DNA of 64,000 nucleotides from Escherichia coli O157:H7 (GCF_013167455.1 NZ_CP038328.1), one strand, 5' to 3'; positions 37,275 to 49,240 are shown, counted from the stretch's first letter. Notes: generated by a model from the sequence alone, not told the origin. Numbers and translations: made by a program.

Positions 37275-37829
37275 ATGGCTACTATCCCTACCCTTTCTCA
37301 CCCTGACGTAACCATCGAAAATGGTCGTGCTGTCACTACGTCTGTTGCAGTTGCAGAGTTTTTCCGCAAGCTGCATAAAAACGTCATTCAAAAAATTGAA
37401 GCTCTGGAATGTTCCTCAGAATTCACTGAGCTTAATTTTAAGCCAAGTGAATACACCGACTCAACCGGGCGCAAACTCCCAATGTACCAAATCACCAAAA
37501 ACGGCTTCGTTTTCCTGGTGATGGGTTTCACTGGCAAAAAAGCCGCTGCATTCAAAGAGGCCTACATCGCTGAGTTCGACCGCATGGAAGCAGAGCTACG
37601 CCAGAATAATACCACTCCCACAAACAAAATCATTCCGGGCGATGGGCGCACTCTGGTTGTTCGCTTCGACAAATTCGGCAACGTCGAATTCACTGAAACC
37701 GTTCCTGATGGCGCTCTCGTCTGTACCCTGGACACTTTCCGCCTTTATCTGGAGAAACAGGGCTGGACTCTTGTAAACCGAAGCGCAATTAAAAATATGA
37801 CCGTCGAGCAGTTGCTGAGTATTAAATAG
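37275..37829 (+). CDS. rha: Rha-family phage regulatory protein
   Basis: Start taken at MATIPTLSHPDVTIENGRAVTTSVAVAEFFRK...; the upstream in-frame extension contains a terminator and is rejected. Confidence 0.55.
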   Translation: MATIPTLSHPDVTIENGRAVTTSVAVAEFFRKLHKNVIQKIEALECSSEFTELNFKPSEYTDSTGRKLPMYQITKNGFVFLVMGFTGKKAAAFKEAYIAEFDRMEAELRQNNTTPTNKIIPGDGRTLVVRFDKFGNVEFTETVPDGALVCTLDTFRLYLEKQGWTLVNRSAIKNMTVEQLLSIK

Positions 37830-37875
37830 TTTTCTGGAATTTTCTTAATACGAGAAATTTATTAAGGAGATAATT

Positions 37876-38097
37876 ATGATTGCTCATCACTTCGGAACTG
37901 ATGAAATACCACGTCAGTGTGTGACTCCTGGCGATTATGTTCTTCATGAAGGTCGGACATATATCGCCTCGGCAAACAATATTAAAAAGCGAAAACTTTA
38001 TATTCGTAGCCTGACTACAAAAACATGCATTTCTGACTGCATGATTAAAGTCTTCCTCGGTCGTGATGGTTTACCTGTAAAGGCGGAGTCATGGTGA
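37876..38097 (+). CDS. RacC-like hypothetical protein
   Basis: 73-aa ORF directly preceding the ydaE-like gene and recE. Confidence 0.4.
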   Translation: MIAHHFGTDEIPRQCVTPGDYVLHEGRTYIASANNIKKRKLYIRSLTTKTCISDCMIKVFLGRDGLPVKAESW

Positions 38098-38267
38098 TGA
38101 CTAAGAAAATAAAATGTGCTTACCACCTTTGCAATAAAGGAATTGAAGAAAGCAAAAGTATTAAAAGACCACTTCATTTCATGCGTGGAGTTATCCCAAC
38201 GACGGAAATGAAAAAATATTGTAGTGAAAATTGTGCCGAAAAAGACCAGATGGCACACGAACTTTAA
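38097..38267 (+). CDS. YdaE-like small Cys-rich (zinc-binding) protein
   Basis: Unlisted 56-aa [59 protein letters not shown] with four Cys; ATGA overlap with the preceding gene. Confidence 0.45.
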   Translation: MTKKIKCAYHLCNKGIEESKSIKRPLHFMRGVIPTTEMKKYCSENCAEKDQMAHEL

Positions 38268-38347
38268 CTAACTGACTATTCGAAACTGAATTTATGCCAG
38301 CAATGGCAGGGGTTCGCTCAACCTTAAAATAGTTATGAGGTTTATCA

Positions 38348-41017
38348 ATGAGTACTGATAAAGAAAATTACGCTCTGTATTGCGACGCGAAAAATGATAA
38401 AACCAGAAAACGCCTCGGCATCAAAGGCGGCTTTTTCTGGACAGAGGCAAAAAAACTTTCTGTTGCGGTTTCACGCTGCATTGCTGCAATGGACGATGCC
38501 GGATTTGACGAAGAGGATTTTAAAAAACCCATCCGCGTCCATTTACCCGTTGTGAATGACCTTCCACCGGAAGGTGTGTTTGATACTGAATTCTGCAACC
38601 GATACGAAAAAGGCGGAGAAGATGGTATCACAATGATACTTATCGCGCCCTCTGTTCCGGACAAACCAGCCAGTACTGACAATACCAACGTCAACGGCGA
38701 AGACATGGCTAAGATTGAGGAGAATATGCTTCTTCCGGTTTCAGGTCAGATTCTGCCTGTTCGCTGGCTGGCGCAACACAACAGCGAAAAACCGCTCACG
38801 CACGTTTCACTGGACAAACTGCGCGCATTACATAACGCACAGGATGAAAAACTTCCCGCCGTTACCGCGCTGGCCATCTCAAATAAAGCAGTGCAACTCG
38901 AACCGCTGGAGATTCGGGATTTGTACAAACTGGTGCGAGACACTGACAAAGTTTTCCCCGCCCCCGTAAATTCGGACCTGGGACTGATGACCTCTTTTAT
39001 CGAAGCATACCTGGGCGCTGACTACACCGATCGCGGTCTGCTTACAAAAGAGTGGATGAAAGGAAATCGTGTTTCACGCATCAGCCGCACGCCATCCGGC
39101 GCTAACGCTGGCGGCGGAAATATTACCGATCGTGGTGAAGGATTCAAACATGATAAGACATCACTCGCACGAGATGTAGCCACCGGCGTTCTGGCCCGTT
39201 CAATGGATGTGGATATTTATAACCTTCATCCGGCACACGCTAAACGTGTCGAGGAAATTATCGCTGAAAATAAACCGCCCTTTTCTGTTTTCCGCGACAA
39301 ATTCATCACCATGCCTGGCGGGCTGGATTATTCCCGCGCCATCGTGGTTGCGTCCGTAAAAGAAGCACCAATTGGGATCGAGGTTATCCCTGCGCATGTC
39401 ACTGAATATCTGAACAAGGTGCTGATTGAAACCGATCATGCCAACCCTGATCCGGAAATCGTGGATATTGCCTGCGGTCGTTCCTCTGCCCCGATGCCGC
39501 AGCGTGTAACAGAAGAAGGAAAACACGATGGTGAAGAAAAACCGCAACCATCTTGCGCAATGGCAGATAAACAGGCAACGGCTGAAACAGTGGAACCGGA
39601 TGCAACTGAACATCATCAGGACACGCAGCCGCTGGATGCTCAGTCACAGGTAAATTCTGTTGATGCGAAATATCAGAAACTGCGGGCAGAACTCCATGAA
39701 GCCCGGAAAACCATTCCGCCCAAAAATCCTGTCGATGCCGACAAATTGCTGGCTGCCTCTCGCGGAGAATTTGTTGAAGGGATTAGCGACCCGAATGATC
39801 CGAAATGGATTAAGGGGATCCAGACCCGCGATTCTGTGTACCAGAATCAGCCAGAAACGGAACAGAACGACCAGAAAGCGGAACAGAACAGCCCAAATAC
39901 GCAACAAAACGAGCCAGAAACGAAACAACCTGAACCAGTAGTGCAACAGGAACCGGAAAAGATCTGCACCGCCTGCGGCCAGAGGAGTGGCGGCAACTGC
40001 CCTGATTGTGGCGCGGTGATGGGCGACGCAACATACCAGGAAACATTCGATGAAGAGAATCAGGTTGAAGCTAAGGAAAATGATCCGGAGGAAATGGAAG
40101 GCGCTGAACATCCGCACAATGAGAATGCTGGCAGCGATCCGCATCGCGATTGCAGTGATGAAACTGGCGAAGTCGCAGATCCCGTAATCGTAGAAGACAT
40201 AGAGCCAGGTATTTATTACGGAATTTCGAATGAGAATTACCACGTAGGTCCCGGTGTCAGTAAGTCTCAGCTCGATGACATTGCTGATACTCCGGCACTG
40301 TATTTGTGGCGTAAAAATGCCCCCGTGGACAACACAAAGACAAAAACGCTCGATTTAGGAACCGCTTTCCACTGCCGGGTACTTGAACCGGAAGAATTCA
40401 GTAACCGCTTTATCGTAGCACCTGAATTTAACCGCCGTACAAACGCCGGAAAAGAAGAAGAGAAAGCGTTTCTGATGGAATGCGCAAGCACAGGAAAAAC
40501 GGTTATCACTGCGGAAGAAGGTCTGAAAATTGAACTCATGTATCAAAGCGTTATGGCTTTGCCGCTGGGGCAATGGCTTGTTGAAAGCGCCGGACACGCT
40601 GAATCATCAATTTACTGGGAAGATCCTGAAACAGGAATTTTGTGTCGGTGCCGTCCGGACAAAATTATCCCTGAATTTCACTGGATCATGGACGTGAAAA
40701 CTACGGCGGATATTCAACGATTCAAAACCGCTTATTACGACTACCGCTATCACGTTCAGGATGCATTCTACAGTGACGGTTATGAAGCACAGTTTGGAGT
40801 GCAGCCAACTTTCGTTTTTCTGGTTGCCAGCACAACTATTGAATGCGGACGTTATCCGGTTGAAATTTTCATGATGGGCGAAGAAGCAAAACTGGCAGGT
40901 CAGCTGGAATATCACCGCAATCTGCGAACCCTGGCTGACTGCCTCAATACCAATGAATGGCCAGCTATTAAGACGTTATCACTGCCCCGCTGGGCTAAGG
41001 AATATGCAAATGACTAA
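38348..41017 (+). CDS. recE: Exodeoxyribonuclease VIII (RecE)
   Basis: 889 aa; the C-terminal region through ...[12 protein letters not shown] resembles the RecE nuclease domain as recalled; followed by recT with overlap. Confidence 0.85.
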   Translation: MSTDKENYALYCDAKNDKTRKRLGIKGGFFWTEAKKLSVAVSRCIAAMDDAGFDEEDFKKPIRVHLPVVNDLPPEGVFDTEFCNRYEKGGEDGITMILIAPSVPDKPASTDNTNVNGEDMAKIEENMLLPVSGQILPVRWLAQHNSEKPLTHVSLDKLRALHNAQDEKLPAVTALAISNKAVQLEPLEIRDLYKLVRDTDKVFPAPVNSDLGLMTSFIEAYLGADYTDRGLLTKEWMKGNRVSRISRTPSGANAGGGNITDRGEGFKHDKTSLARDVATGVLARSMDVDIYNLHPAHAKRVEEIIAENKPPFSVFRDKFITMPGGLDYSRAIVVASVKEAPIGIEVIPAHVTEYLNKVLIETDHANPDPEIVDIACGRSSAPMPQRVTEEGKHDGEEKPQPSCAMADKQATAETVEPDATEHHQDTQPLDAQSQVNSVDAKYQKLRAELHEARKTIPPKNPVDADKLLAASRGEFVEGISDPNDPKWIKGIQTRDSVYQNQPETEQNDQKAEQNSPNTQQNEPETKQPEPVVQQEPEKICTACGQRSGGNCPDCGAVMGDATYQETFDEENQVEAKENDPEEMEGAEHPHNENAGSDPHRDCSDETGEVADPVIVEDIEPGIYYGISNENYHVGPGVSKSQLDDIADTPALYLWRKNAPVDNTKTKTLDLGTAFHCRVLEPEEFSNRFIVAPEFNRRTNAGKEEEKAFLMECASTGKTVITAEEGLKIELMYQSVMALPLGQWLVESAGHAESSIYWEDPETGILCRCRPDKIIPEFHWIMDVKTTADIQRFKTAYYDYRYHVQDAFYSDGYEAQFGVQPTFVFLVASTTIECGRYPVEIFMMGEEAKLAGQLEYHRNLRTLADCLNTNEWPAIKTLSLPRWAKEYAND

Positions 41018-41819
41018 GCAACCACCAATCGCAAAAGCCGATCTGCAAAAAACTCAGGGAAACCGTGCACCAGCAGCAATTAAAAATAACGACGTGATTA
41101 GTTTTATTAACCAGCCATCAATGAAAGAGCAACTGGCAGCAGCTCTTCCACGCCATATGACGGCTGAACGTATGATCCGTATCGCCACCACAGAAATTCG
41201 TAAAGTTCCGGCGTTAGGAAACTGTGACACTATGAGTTTTGTCAGTGCAATCGTACAGTGTTCACAGCTCGGGCTTGAGCCCGGTAGCGCTCTCGGTCAT
41301 GCATATTTACTGCCTTTTGGTAATAAAAACGAAAAGAGCGGTAAAAAAAACGTTCAGCTAATCATTGGCTATCGCGGCATGATTGATCTGGCTCGCCGTT
41401 CTGGTCAAATCGCCAGCCTGTCAGCCCGTGTTGTCCGTGAAGGTGACGAGTTTAGCTTCGAATTTGGCCTTGATGAAAAGTTAATACACCGCCCGGGAGA
41501 AAACGAAGATGCCCCGGTTACCCACGTCTATGCTGTCGCAAGACTGAAAGACGGAGGGACTCAGTTTGAAGTTATGACGCGCAAACAGATTGAACTGGTG
41601 CGCAGCCAGAGTAAGGCTGGTAATAACGGGCCATGGGTAACTCACTGGGAAGAAATGGCAAAAAAAACGGCTATTCGTCGCCTGTTTAAATACCTGCCTG
41701 TCTCAATTGAAATCCAGCGTGCAGTATCAATGGATGAAAAGGAACCACTGACAATCGATCCGGCAGACTCCTCTGTATTAACCGGGGAATACAGTGTGAT
41801 CGATAATTCAGAAGAATAA
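41010..41819 (+). CDS. recT: RecT single-strand annealing recombinase
   Basis: [23 protein letters not shown]... matches my recollection of Rac RecT nearly end to end. Confidence 0.9.
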   Translation: MTKQPPIAKADLQKTQGNRAPAAIKNNDVISFINQPSMKEQLAAALPRHMTAERMIRIATTEIRKVPALGNCDTMSFVSAIVQCSQLGLEPGSALGHAYLLPFGNKNEKSGKKNVQLIIGYRGMIDLARRSGQIASLSARVVREGDEFSFEFGLDEKLIHRPGENEDAPVTHVYAVARLKDGGTQFEVMTRKQIELVRSQSKAGNNGPWVTHWEEMAKKTAIRRLFKYLPVSIEIQRAVSMDEKEPLTIDPADSSVLTGEYSVIDNSEE

Positions 41820-41863
41820 TTCAGCCTGGCGGTGTAATGCACCGCCAACGCGAGACAGTTTTT

Positions 41864-42070
41864 ATGACAAAAATTATGAGATATGACGATGTTAAACCAT
41901 GTCCGTTTTGTGGTTGTCCATCTGTTACGGTGAAAGCAATTTCAGGATATTACCGGGCAAAATGCAACGGATGCGAATCCCGAACTGGCTATGGTGGAAG
42001 TGAAAAAGAAGCACTCGAAAGATGGAATAAACGAACTACTGGAAATAATAATGGAGGTGTTCATGTATAA
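41864..42070 (+). CDS. ralR: Lar/RalR restriction-alleviation protein (type I toxin RalR homologue)
   Basis: MTKIMRYDDVKPCPFCGCPSVTVKAISGYYRAKCNGCESRTGYGG... with CxxC...CxxC; position after recT as in Rac. Confidence 0.6.
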   Translation: MTKIMRYDDVKPCPFCGCPSVTVKAISGYYRAKCNGCESRTGYGGSEKEALERWNKRTTGNNNGGVHV

Positions 42071-42251
42071 AATAACTGCCACTATTGAAAAAGAAGGTGG
42101 CACTCCTACTAACTGGACAAGATATTCAAAATCTAAATTAACGAAATCAGAATGCGAAAAAATGCTCTCAGGGAAAAAAGAAGCAGGCGTGTCCAGAGAG
42201 CAGAAAGTAAAGCTGATAAATTTTAATTGCGAGAAACTTCTGTCCTCGTGA
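42063..42251 (+). CDS. YdaC-like small protein
   Basis: MYKITATIEKEGGTPTNWTRYSKSKLTKSECEKMLSGKKEAG...; RBS GGAGG. Confidence 0.45.
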   Translation: MYKITATIEKEGGTPTNWTRYSKSKLTKSECEKMLSGKKEAGVSREQKVKLINFNCEKLLSS

Positions 42252-42350
42252 GTTGCATTATATACAAATTAAAACTTCATAGCTGATTATTAATAATCAA
42301 CATCAGGCGTCAATTTCAGTCTAACATTGGCGCCTGCCAGAGGTGATGCG

Positions 42351-42566
42351 ATGGCACAAGTAATCTTTAATGAAGAGTGGATGGTTGAATACGGCCTGAT
42401 GCTTCGCACTGGTCTGGGGGCCAGACAAATTGAAGCATACCGCCAGAACTGTTGGGTGGAGGGCTTCCACTTCAAACGAGTATCTCCTTTAGGTAAGCCA
42501 GACAGCAAACGAGGGATTATCTGGTACAACTATCCAAAGATAAATCAGTTTATCAAAGACTCATGA
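42351..42566 (+). CDS. xis: Excisionase-like protein (XisR-like)
   Basis: 72-aa ORF from [32 protein letters not shown]... ending 2 nt before int. Confidence 0.55.
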   Translation: MAQVIFNEEWMVEYGLMLRTGLGARQIEAYRQNCWVEGFHFKRVSPLGKPDSKRGIIWYNYPKINQFIKDS

Positions 42567-42567
42567 T

Positions 42568-43803
42568 ATGTCTAAATTACCAACAGGTGTCGAGATTAGA
42601 GGTAGAAACATTCGCATCTGGTTCATGTTTCGAGGAAAACGATGTCGGGAAACATTAAAAGGCTGGGAGATTACAAACAGTAATATTAAAAAGGCCGGAA
42701 ATTTAAGAGCGCTGATAGTTCATGAAATAAACTCCGGTGAATTTGAGTATTTAAGACGTTTTCCCCAGTCCAGCACTGGGGCAAAAATGGTGACAACGAG
42801 AGTCATAAAAACGTTCGGGGAGCTTTGTGATATCTGGACAAAAATTAAAGAGACAGAGTTAACAACAAACACAATGAAGAAAACGAAATCACAATTAAAA
42901 ACACTCAGAATAATAATTTGTGAAAGTACCCCGATATCATATATTCGTTATAGCGATATCTTAAACTACCGGAATGAACTGCTGCATGGAGAAACGCTTT
43001 ACCTGGATAATCCAAGATCCAACAAAAAAGGAAGAACCGTGCGCACAGTTGATAACTATATCGCCCTGCTCTGTTCGCTGTTACGTTTTGCGTATCAGTC
43101 GGGATTTATATCAACCAAACCATTTGAAGGAGTAAAAAAATTACAGCGAAACAGAATAAAGCCTGACCCGTTATCTAAAACAGAATTCAATGCATTAATG
43201 GAAAGTGAAAAAGGACAGAGCCAAAACTTGTGGAAATTTGCCGTTTACTCCGGGCTTCGTCACGGGGAACTGGCAGCTCTGGCGTGGGAGGATGTGGATT
43301 TCGAGAAGGGAACTGTGAATGTCAGAAGAAACCTGACGATACTGGATATGTTCGGTCCCCCAAAAACAAATGCCGGGATCCGGACAGTAACATTACTGCA
43401 GCCTGCTCTTGAAGCACTGAAGGTGCAATACAAACTGACCGGGCATCATCGCAAAAGCGAAATCACCTTTTATCATCGGGAGTACGGCAGAACCGAAAAG
43501 CAAAAACTGCATTTTGTTTTCATGCCCAGGGTGTGTAACGGAAAACAGAAACCTTATTACTCGGTAAGCAGTTTGGGGGCAAGGTGGAATGCAGCAGTAA
43601 AACGTGCTGGTATTCGCCGCCGTAATCCGTACCATACGCGGCATACTTTTGCCTGCTGGCTGTTGACGGCAGGAGCGAACCCGGCATTTATAGCCAGCCA
43701 GATGGGGCATGAAACTGCGCAGATGGTGTATGAAATTTACGGTATGTGGATTGATGATATGAACGACGAACAGGTAGCCATGTTGAATGCGCGGCTATCG
43801 TAG
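42568..43803 (+). CDS. intR: Tyrosine integrase (IntR-like)
   Basis: 411 aa with catalytic region motifs (R...HTRHTFACWLL...Y) of lambda-family integrases; adjacent to ttcA. Confidence 0.9.
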   Translation: MSKLPTGVEIRGRNIRIWFMFRGKRCRETLKGWEITNSNIKKAGNLRALIVHEINSGEFEYLRRFPQSSTGAKMVTTRVIKTFGELCDIWTKIKETELTTNTMKKTKSQLKTLRIIICESTPISYIRYSDILNYRNELLHGETLYLDNPRSNKKGRTVRTVDNYIALLCSLLRFAYQSGFISTKPFEGVKKLQRNRIKPDPLSKTEFNALMESEKGQSQNLWKFAVYSGLRHGELAALAWEDVDFEKGTVNVRRNLTILDMFGPPKTNAGIRTVTLLQPALEALKVQYKLTGHHRKSEITFYHREYGRTEKQKLHFVFMPRVCNGKQKPYYSVSSLGARWNAAVKRAGIRRRNPYHTRHTFACWLLTAGANPAFIASQMGHETAQMVYEIYGMWIDDMNDEQVAMLNARLS

Positions 43804-43854
43804 TTGCAAAGTTTGCCCCCAATTTGCCCCATTTAGTACCAGAGAACCGAAATA

Positions 43855-44790
43855 ATGCAAGAAAATCAAAAGAATACGAAGAAAGAACAATACAACCTGA
43901 ACAAATTACAAAAACGCCTGCGTCGTAACGTGGGCGAAGCCATTGCTGACTTCAATATGATTGAAGAAGGCGATCGCATCATGGTTTGCCTCTCCGGGGG
44001 TAAAGACAGCTATACCATGCTGGAGATTCTGCGCAATTTGCAGCAAAGCGCGCCAATCAATTTTTCGCTGGTGGCTGTTAACCTCGATCAAAAGCAACCG
44101 GGCTTCCCGGAACACGTTCTGCCCGAGTATCTTGAAAAGCTGGGCGTTGAGTACAAGATTGTTGAAGAGAACACTTACGGTATCGTGAAAGAGAAGATTC
44201 CAGAGGGCAAAACCACTTGCTCACTGTGTTCTCGGCTACGTCGCGGTATCCTTTATCGCACCGCAACGGAACTGGGGGCGACGAAGATCGCGTTGGGCCA
44301 CCATCGTGACGATATCCTGCAAACGTTGTTCTTAAATATGTTCTACGGCGGCAAGATGAAAGGTATGCCTCCGAAACTGATGAGCGATGATGGCAAACAT
44401 ATCGTTATTCGTCCGCTGGCCTACTGCCGCGAGAAAGATATTCAGCGATTTGCCGATGCAAAAGCGTTCCCGATTATTCCGTGCAACCTGTGCGGTTCAC
44501 AGCCTAACCTGCAACGTCAGGTGATTGCTGACATGTTGCGTGACTGGGATAAACGTTATCCAGGGCGTATCGAGACGATGTTCAGCGCGATGCAGAATGT
44601 GGTGCCGTCGCATCTGTGCGATACCAACCTGTTCGATTTCAAAGGCATCACCCACGGTTCTGAAGTGGTTAACGGGGGTGATCTGGCGTTTGATCGCGAA
44701 GAGATCCCACTACAACCGGCGGGCTGGCAGCCAGAAGAAGATGAAAATCAGTTGGATGAGTTACGGCTGAATGTGGTTGAAGTGAAATAA
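43855..44790 (+). CDS. ttcA: tRNA 2-thiocytidine synthase TtcA
   Basis: 311 aa with PP-loop SGGKDS and CxxC motifs. Confidence 0.9.
   Translation: MQENQKNTKKEQYNLNKLQKRLRRNVGEAIADFNMIEEGDRIMVCLSGGKDSYTMLEILRNLQQSAPINFSLVAVNLDQKQPGFPEHVLPEYLEKLGVEYKIVEENTYGIVKEKIPEGKTTCSLCSRLRRGILYRTATELGATKIALGHHRDDILQTLFLNMFYGGKMKGMPPKLMSDDGKHIVIRPLAYCREKDIQRFADAKAFPIIPCNLCGSQPNLQRQVIADMLRDWDKRYPGRIETMFSAMQNVVPSHLCDTNLFDFKGITHGSEVVNGGDLAFDREEIPLQPAGWQPEEDENQLDELRLNVVEVK
43879..43904. other. Candidate Rac attachment-site core inside the 5' end of ttcA
   Basis: aagaaagaacaatacaacctgaacaa is the reverse complement of the 26-bp Rac att core as I recall it; not verified. Confidence 0.35.
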
Positions 44791-44918
44791 CTCGGATAGC
44801 GCCCGATGCGCAAACGTATCGGGCTACTCTAATGGAGGCTGAATAAGACGCGGTCAGCGTCGCATCCGACAATCCCGACGAAGATGTTTACTTTTGCATC
44901 AGGCAATTCAACATTTTA

Positions 44919-46292
44919 TTATTTTAATAACCGCACCCGGCACGTTTTTCCTTTAATCTTCCCGCCCTGTAACTGTTTCCATGCTTTATGAGCAACAGCC
45001 TGACGGACCGCGACATAGACATGCGCCGGATGCACGGCGATTTTGCCAATATCTGCGCCATCAAGCCCGATATCTCCTGTCAGTGCACCTAATACATCAC
45101 CCGGGCGCATTTTGGCTTTTTTCCCGCCATCGATACACAACGTTGCCATTTCTGCTTCCAGCGTCACAATGGAACTATTAGCTGGTGGCGTTTGCCAGTT
45201 AAGTTTTATCTGCAACATGTCAGAAATGATATTGGCCCGCTGTGCTTCTTCCGGAGCACAGAAACTGATCGCCAGACCGCTATTTCCTGCACGAGCTGTA
45301 CGACCGATGCGATGTACATGAACTTCAGGGTCCCACGCCAGCTCAAAGTTCACCACCAGCTCAAGCGATTTAATATCCAGACCACGCGCAGCAACATCAG
45401 TCGCGACCAGTACACGGGCGCTACCGTTAGCAAAACGTACCAGGGTCTGATCACGATCGCGTTGCTCCAGATCGCCGTGTAATGACAATGCACTTTGCCC
45501 TACTTCATTCAGCGCGTCGCAGACAGCCTGGCAATCTTTTTTGGTATTGCAAAACACCACGCAAGAGGATGGCTGATGCAAGCTTAATAACCGTTGCAAC
45601 AGAGGAATTTTGCCTTTGCTGGATGTCTCATAAAATTGTTGTTCAATGGGTGGCAAAGCATCTGTTGAGTCAATTTCAATCGCCAAAGGATCGCGTTGCA
45701 CTCGTCCGCTGATTGCGGCGATGGCTTCCGGCCAGGTTGCCGAAAACAGAAGCGTCTGTCGAGATGCAGGCGCAAAACGGATGACATCATCAATGGCATC
45801 GCTAAATCCCATATCCAGCATGCGGTCGGCCTCATCCATCACCAAAGTATTCAGCGCATCCAGTGATACCGTGCCTTTTTGCAGGTGATCCAGCAAACGG
45901 CCCGGCGTTGCCACGATAATATGCGGCGCATGTTGCAACGAATCACGCTGCATACCGAACGGTTGACCACCGCACAACGTCAAAATTTTGGTATTTGGCA
46001 GAAAACGCGCCAGCCGACGCAATTCACCTGCCACCTGATCCGCCAGTTCACGCGTAGGACACAGCACTAAAGCCTGGGTTTGAAATAGCGACGCATCAAT
46101 TTGCTGTAACAAGCCGAGGCCAAAAGCCGCCGTTTTGCCGCTGCCAGTTTTCGCCTGCACGCGAACATCTTTTCCGGCAAGGATCGCCGGAAGCGCGGCG
46201 GCCTGCACCGGCGTCATGGTTAAATAACCCAACTCATTAAGGTTCGTGAGTTGGGCGGGAGGCAAAACATTCAGGGTAGAAAAAGCGGTCAC
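44919..46292 (-). CDS. dbpA: ATP-dependent RNA helicase DbpA
   Basis: 457 aa with DEAD-box motifs (AKTGSGKT, DEAD, SAT); GTG start. Confidence 0.9.
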   Translation of the reverse strand: MTAFSTLNVLPPAQLTNLNELGYLTMTPVQAAALPAILAGKDVRVQAKTGSGKTAAFGLGLLQQIDASLFQTQALVLCPTRELADQVAGELRRLARFLPNTKILTLCGGQPFGMQRDSLQHAPHIIVATPGRLLDHLQKGTVSLDALNTLVMDEADRMLDMGFSDAIDDVIRFAPASRQTLLFSATWPEAIAAISGRVQRDPLAIEIDSTDALPPIEQQFYETSSKGKIPLLQRLLSLHQPSSCVVFCNTKKDCQAVCDALNEVGQSALSLHGDLEQRDRDQTLVRFANGSARVLVATDVAARGLDIKSLELVVNFELAWDPEVHVHRIGRTARAGNSGLAISFCAPEEAQRANIISDMLQIKLNWQTPPANSSIVTLEAEMATLCIDGGKKAKMRPGDVLGALTGDIGLDGADIGKIAVHPAHVYVAVRQAVAHKAWKQLQGGKIKGKTCRVRLLK

Positions 46293-46324
46293 AATCTATT
46301 CTCGTGGTCATCGACGCAAAGTCA

Positions 46325-46495
46325 TCAGGCGCGTATCCTCGCAGATCTACGCTCACGATGCGACAATTTAATCGGTTCTTCATCGGGTGGTGGGTCAGGC
46401 ATGGGTTGCGGGCGAGGGATCGGATCGGGCACTGGAACAGGATCGCCAGGAATCGGTTCAGGGACAGGAATTTGCAAATAAATAAGTGTCGTCAT
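46325..46495 (-). CDS. Possible small proline-rich protein
   Basis: Unlisted 56-aa ORF MTTLIYLQIPVPEPIPGDPVPVPDPIPRPQPMPDPPPDEE... with strong RBS GGAGGGAAAT. Confidence 0.3.
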   Translation of the reverse strand: MTTLIYLQIPVPEPIPGDPVPVPDPIPRPQPMPDPPPDEEPIKLSHRERRSARIRA

Positions 46496-46552
46496 ATTTC
46501 CCTCCGGTCATTGGGTGGACTCTTAAAGGGTAGACGCTGATAAATAACAGGC

Positions 46553-46674
46553 AAAAAAAAGCCGACTCATCAAAGTCGGCGTCGTACGAATCAATTGTGC
46601 TATGCAGTAATTCAAAAAAGGAAGTAAGACAATATGGAGCGCAACGCCCATCGCTTGACGTTGCATTCACCTGC
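46553..46674 (-). ncRNA. fnrS: FnrS small RNA
   Basis: Minus-strand sequence GCAGGTGAATGCAACGTCAAGCGATGGGCGTTGCGC...GCCGACTTTGATGAGTCGGCTTTTTTTT matches FnrS as recalled, with terminator; lies between zntB and dbpA. Confidence 0.7.
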
Positions 46675-46709
46675 AAGAGAGATATTGCCCTGAATGGGTA
46701 GAGAGTTTA

Positions 46710-46723
46710 TTGACTTCGCTCAA
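46710..46723 (-). promoter_or_regulatory. FNR box upstream of fnrS
   Basis: TTGAGCGAAGTCAA (minus strand) fits TTGAT-N4-ATCAA, centred about 42 nt upstream of the fnrS 5' end. Confidence 0.55.
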
Positions 46724-46769
46724 ACTTTGCGGCGTTTTTGTATACAGACAGCCGGAAAAATTGCTTTTG

Positions 46770-47774
<1,005 letters not shown>

Positions 47775-48007
47775 TTATTTTGTAGTCTAGCCTTCTGGCC
47801 CTGTTACGCAACATCTCATCACCCCATTACCCTGAAATGATTAATAAAATTCTGTCTAAATTGAATACAAAAAGCAAAATGCTTTTCCGTATACAAACCG
47901 TGTGAAGTGTTAAATAGCGTCTATCATTATCAGAATTATCTGATCATATGACGTGGCTTTTTTGCGATCGGATAGCAACAAAAATTGATAAAAATAATGG
48001 GATCTCA

Positions 48008-49240
48008 ATGATTACGCACAACTTCAATACTCTGGACTTACTCACCAGTCCTGTCTGGATCGTTTCGCCCTTTGAGGAACAGTTAATTTATGCCAACAGC
48101 GCGGCGCGACTGTTGATGCAAGACCTCACGTTTAGTCAGCTACGAACCGGTCCCTATTCCGTCTCCTCACAAAAAGAACTGCCGAAATACCTCTCCGATC
48201 TGCAAAACCAACACGATATTATCGAAATCCTCACTGTTCAGCGTAAAGAAGAGGAAACAGCATTAAGCTGTCGGCTTGTTTTGCGAGAGCTGACAGAAAC
48301 AGAACCGGTGATTATTTTCGAAGGTATCGAAGCGCCGGCAACGCTGGGTTTAAAAGCCAGTCGCTCGGCAAATTATCAGCGCAAAAAACAAGGTTTTTAT
48401 GCGCGCTTTTTTCTGACTAACTCTGCACCAATGTTGTTGATTGACCCGTCACGAGATGGACAAATCGTCGATGCTAACCTCGCCGCGCTCAATTTCTATG
48501 GTTATAACCATGAAACGATGTGCCAGAAACATACCTGGGAAATAAATATGCTCGGGCGTCGCGTCATGCCTATCATGCATGAAATCTCGCATTTACCCGG
48601 TGGTCATAAACCTCTGAATTTTATTCATAAGCTGGCGGATGGTTCGACTCGTCATGTGCAGACCTATGCCGGACCGATTGAAATTTATGGCGACAAGCTC
48701 ATGTTATGTATTGTGCATGATATTACTGAGCAAAAACGGCTGGAGGAGCAGCTGGAACATGCTGCTCACCATGACGCGATGACCGGATTACTGAATCGGC
48801 GACAGTTTTATCACATTACGGAACCAGGCCAAATGCAGCACCTCGCCATCGCTCAGGATTACAGCTTATTGCTCATCGACACAGATCGTTTTAAACACAT
48901 TAACGATCTCTATGGGCATTCTAAAGGTGATGAGGTGTTATGCGCCCTCGCCCGCACTCTCGAAAGTTGCGCTCGCAAAGGCGATTTGGTGTTTCGTTGG
49001 GGAGGCGAAGAGTTTGTCTTATTACTACCAAGAACCCCACTGGATACCGCGCTTTCGCTGGCTGAAACTATCCGCGTAAGCGTGGCAAAAGTGAGTATTT
49101 CGGGCTTACCACGCTTTACCGTCAGCATTGGTGTGGCGCATCACGAAGGAAATGAAAGCATCGATGAACTGTTTAAACGCGTTGATGATGCTTTGTATCG
49201 GGCGAAAAATGATGGACGCAACCGCGTGCTGGCGGCATAA
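48008..49240 (+). CDS. dgcM: Diguanylate cyclase DgcM (PAS-PAS-GGDEF)
   Basis: GGEEF active-site motif (RWGGEEFVLLLP); 410 aa from the internal Met. Confidence 0.85.
   Translation: MITHNFNTLDLLTSPVWIVSPFEEQLIYANSAARLLMQDLTFSQLRTGPYSVSSQKELPKYLSDLQNQHDIIEILTVQRKEEETALSCRLVLRELTETEPVIIFEGIEAPATLGLKASRSANYQRKKQGFYARFFLTNSAPMLLIDPSRDGQIVDANLAALNFYGYNHETMCQKHTWEINMLGRRVMPIMHEISHLPGGHKPLNFIHKLADGSTRHVQTYAGPIEIYGDKLMLCIVHDITEQKRLEEQLEHAAHHDAMTGLLNRRQFYHITEPGQMQHLAIAQDYSLLLIDTDRFKHINDLYGHSKGDEVLCALARTLESCARKGDLVFRWGGEEFVLLLPRTPLDTALSLAETIRVSVAKVSISGLPRFTVSIGVAHHEGNESIDELFKRVDDALYRAKNDGRNRVLAA

Larger units (their letters stand above)
1..43904 (-). mobile_element. Lambdoid prophage at the Rac/ttcA site (partial; far end beyond window position 1)
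   Basis: Contiguous phage modules (effectors, tail, head, terminase, lysis, Q, nin, replication, immunity, recET, xis, int) ending at an integrase adjacent to ttcA; late genes on minus strand, int/recET on plus. Confidence 0.85.

Noticed and set aside
38368-40597. Minus-strand ORFs (80-199 aa) inside recE
   Set aside because: Antisense to recE; hydrophobic or Arg-rich artefacts of the opposite strand.
46458-46676. 72-aa minus-strand ORF with TTG start
   Set aside because: Coincides with the FnrS small RNA and its terminator; not coding.
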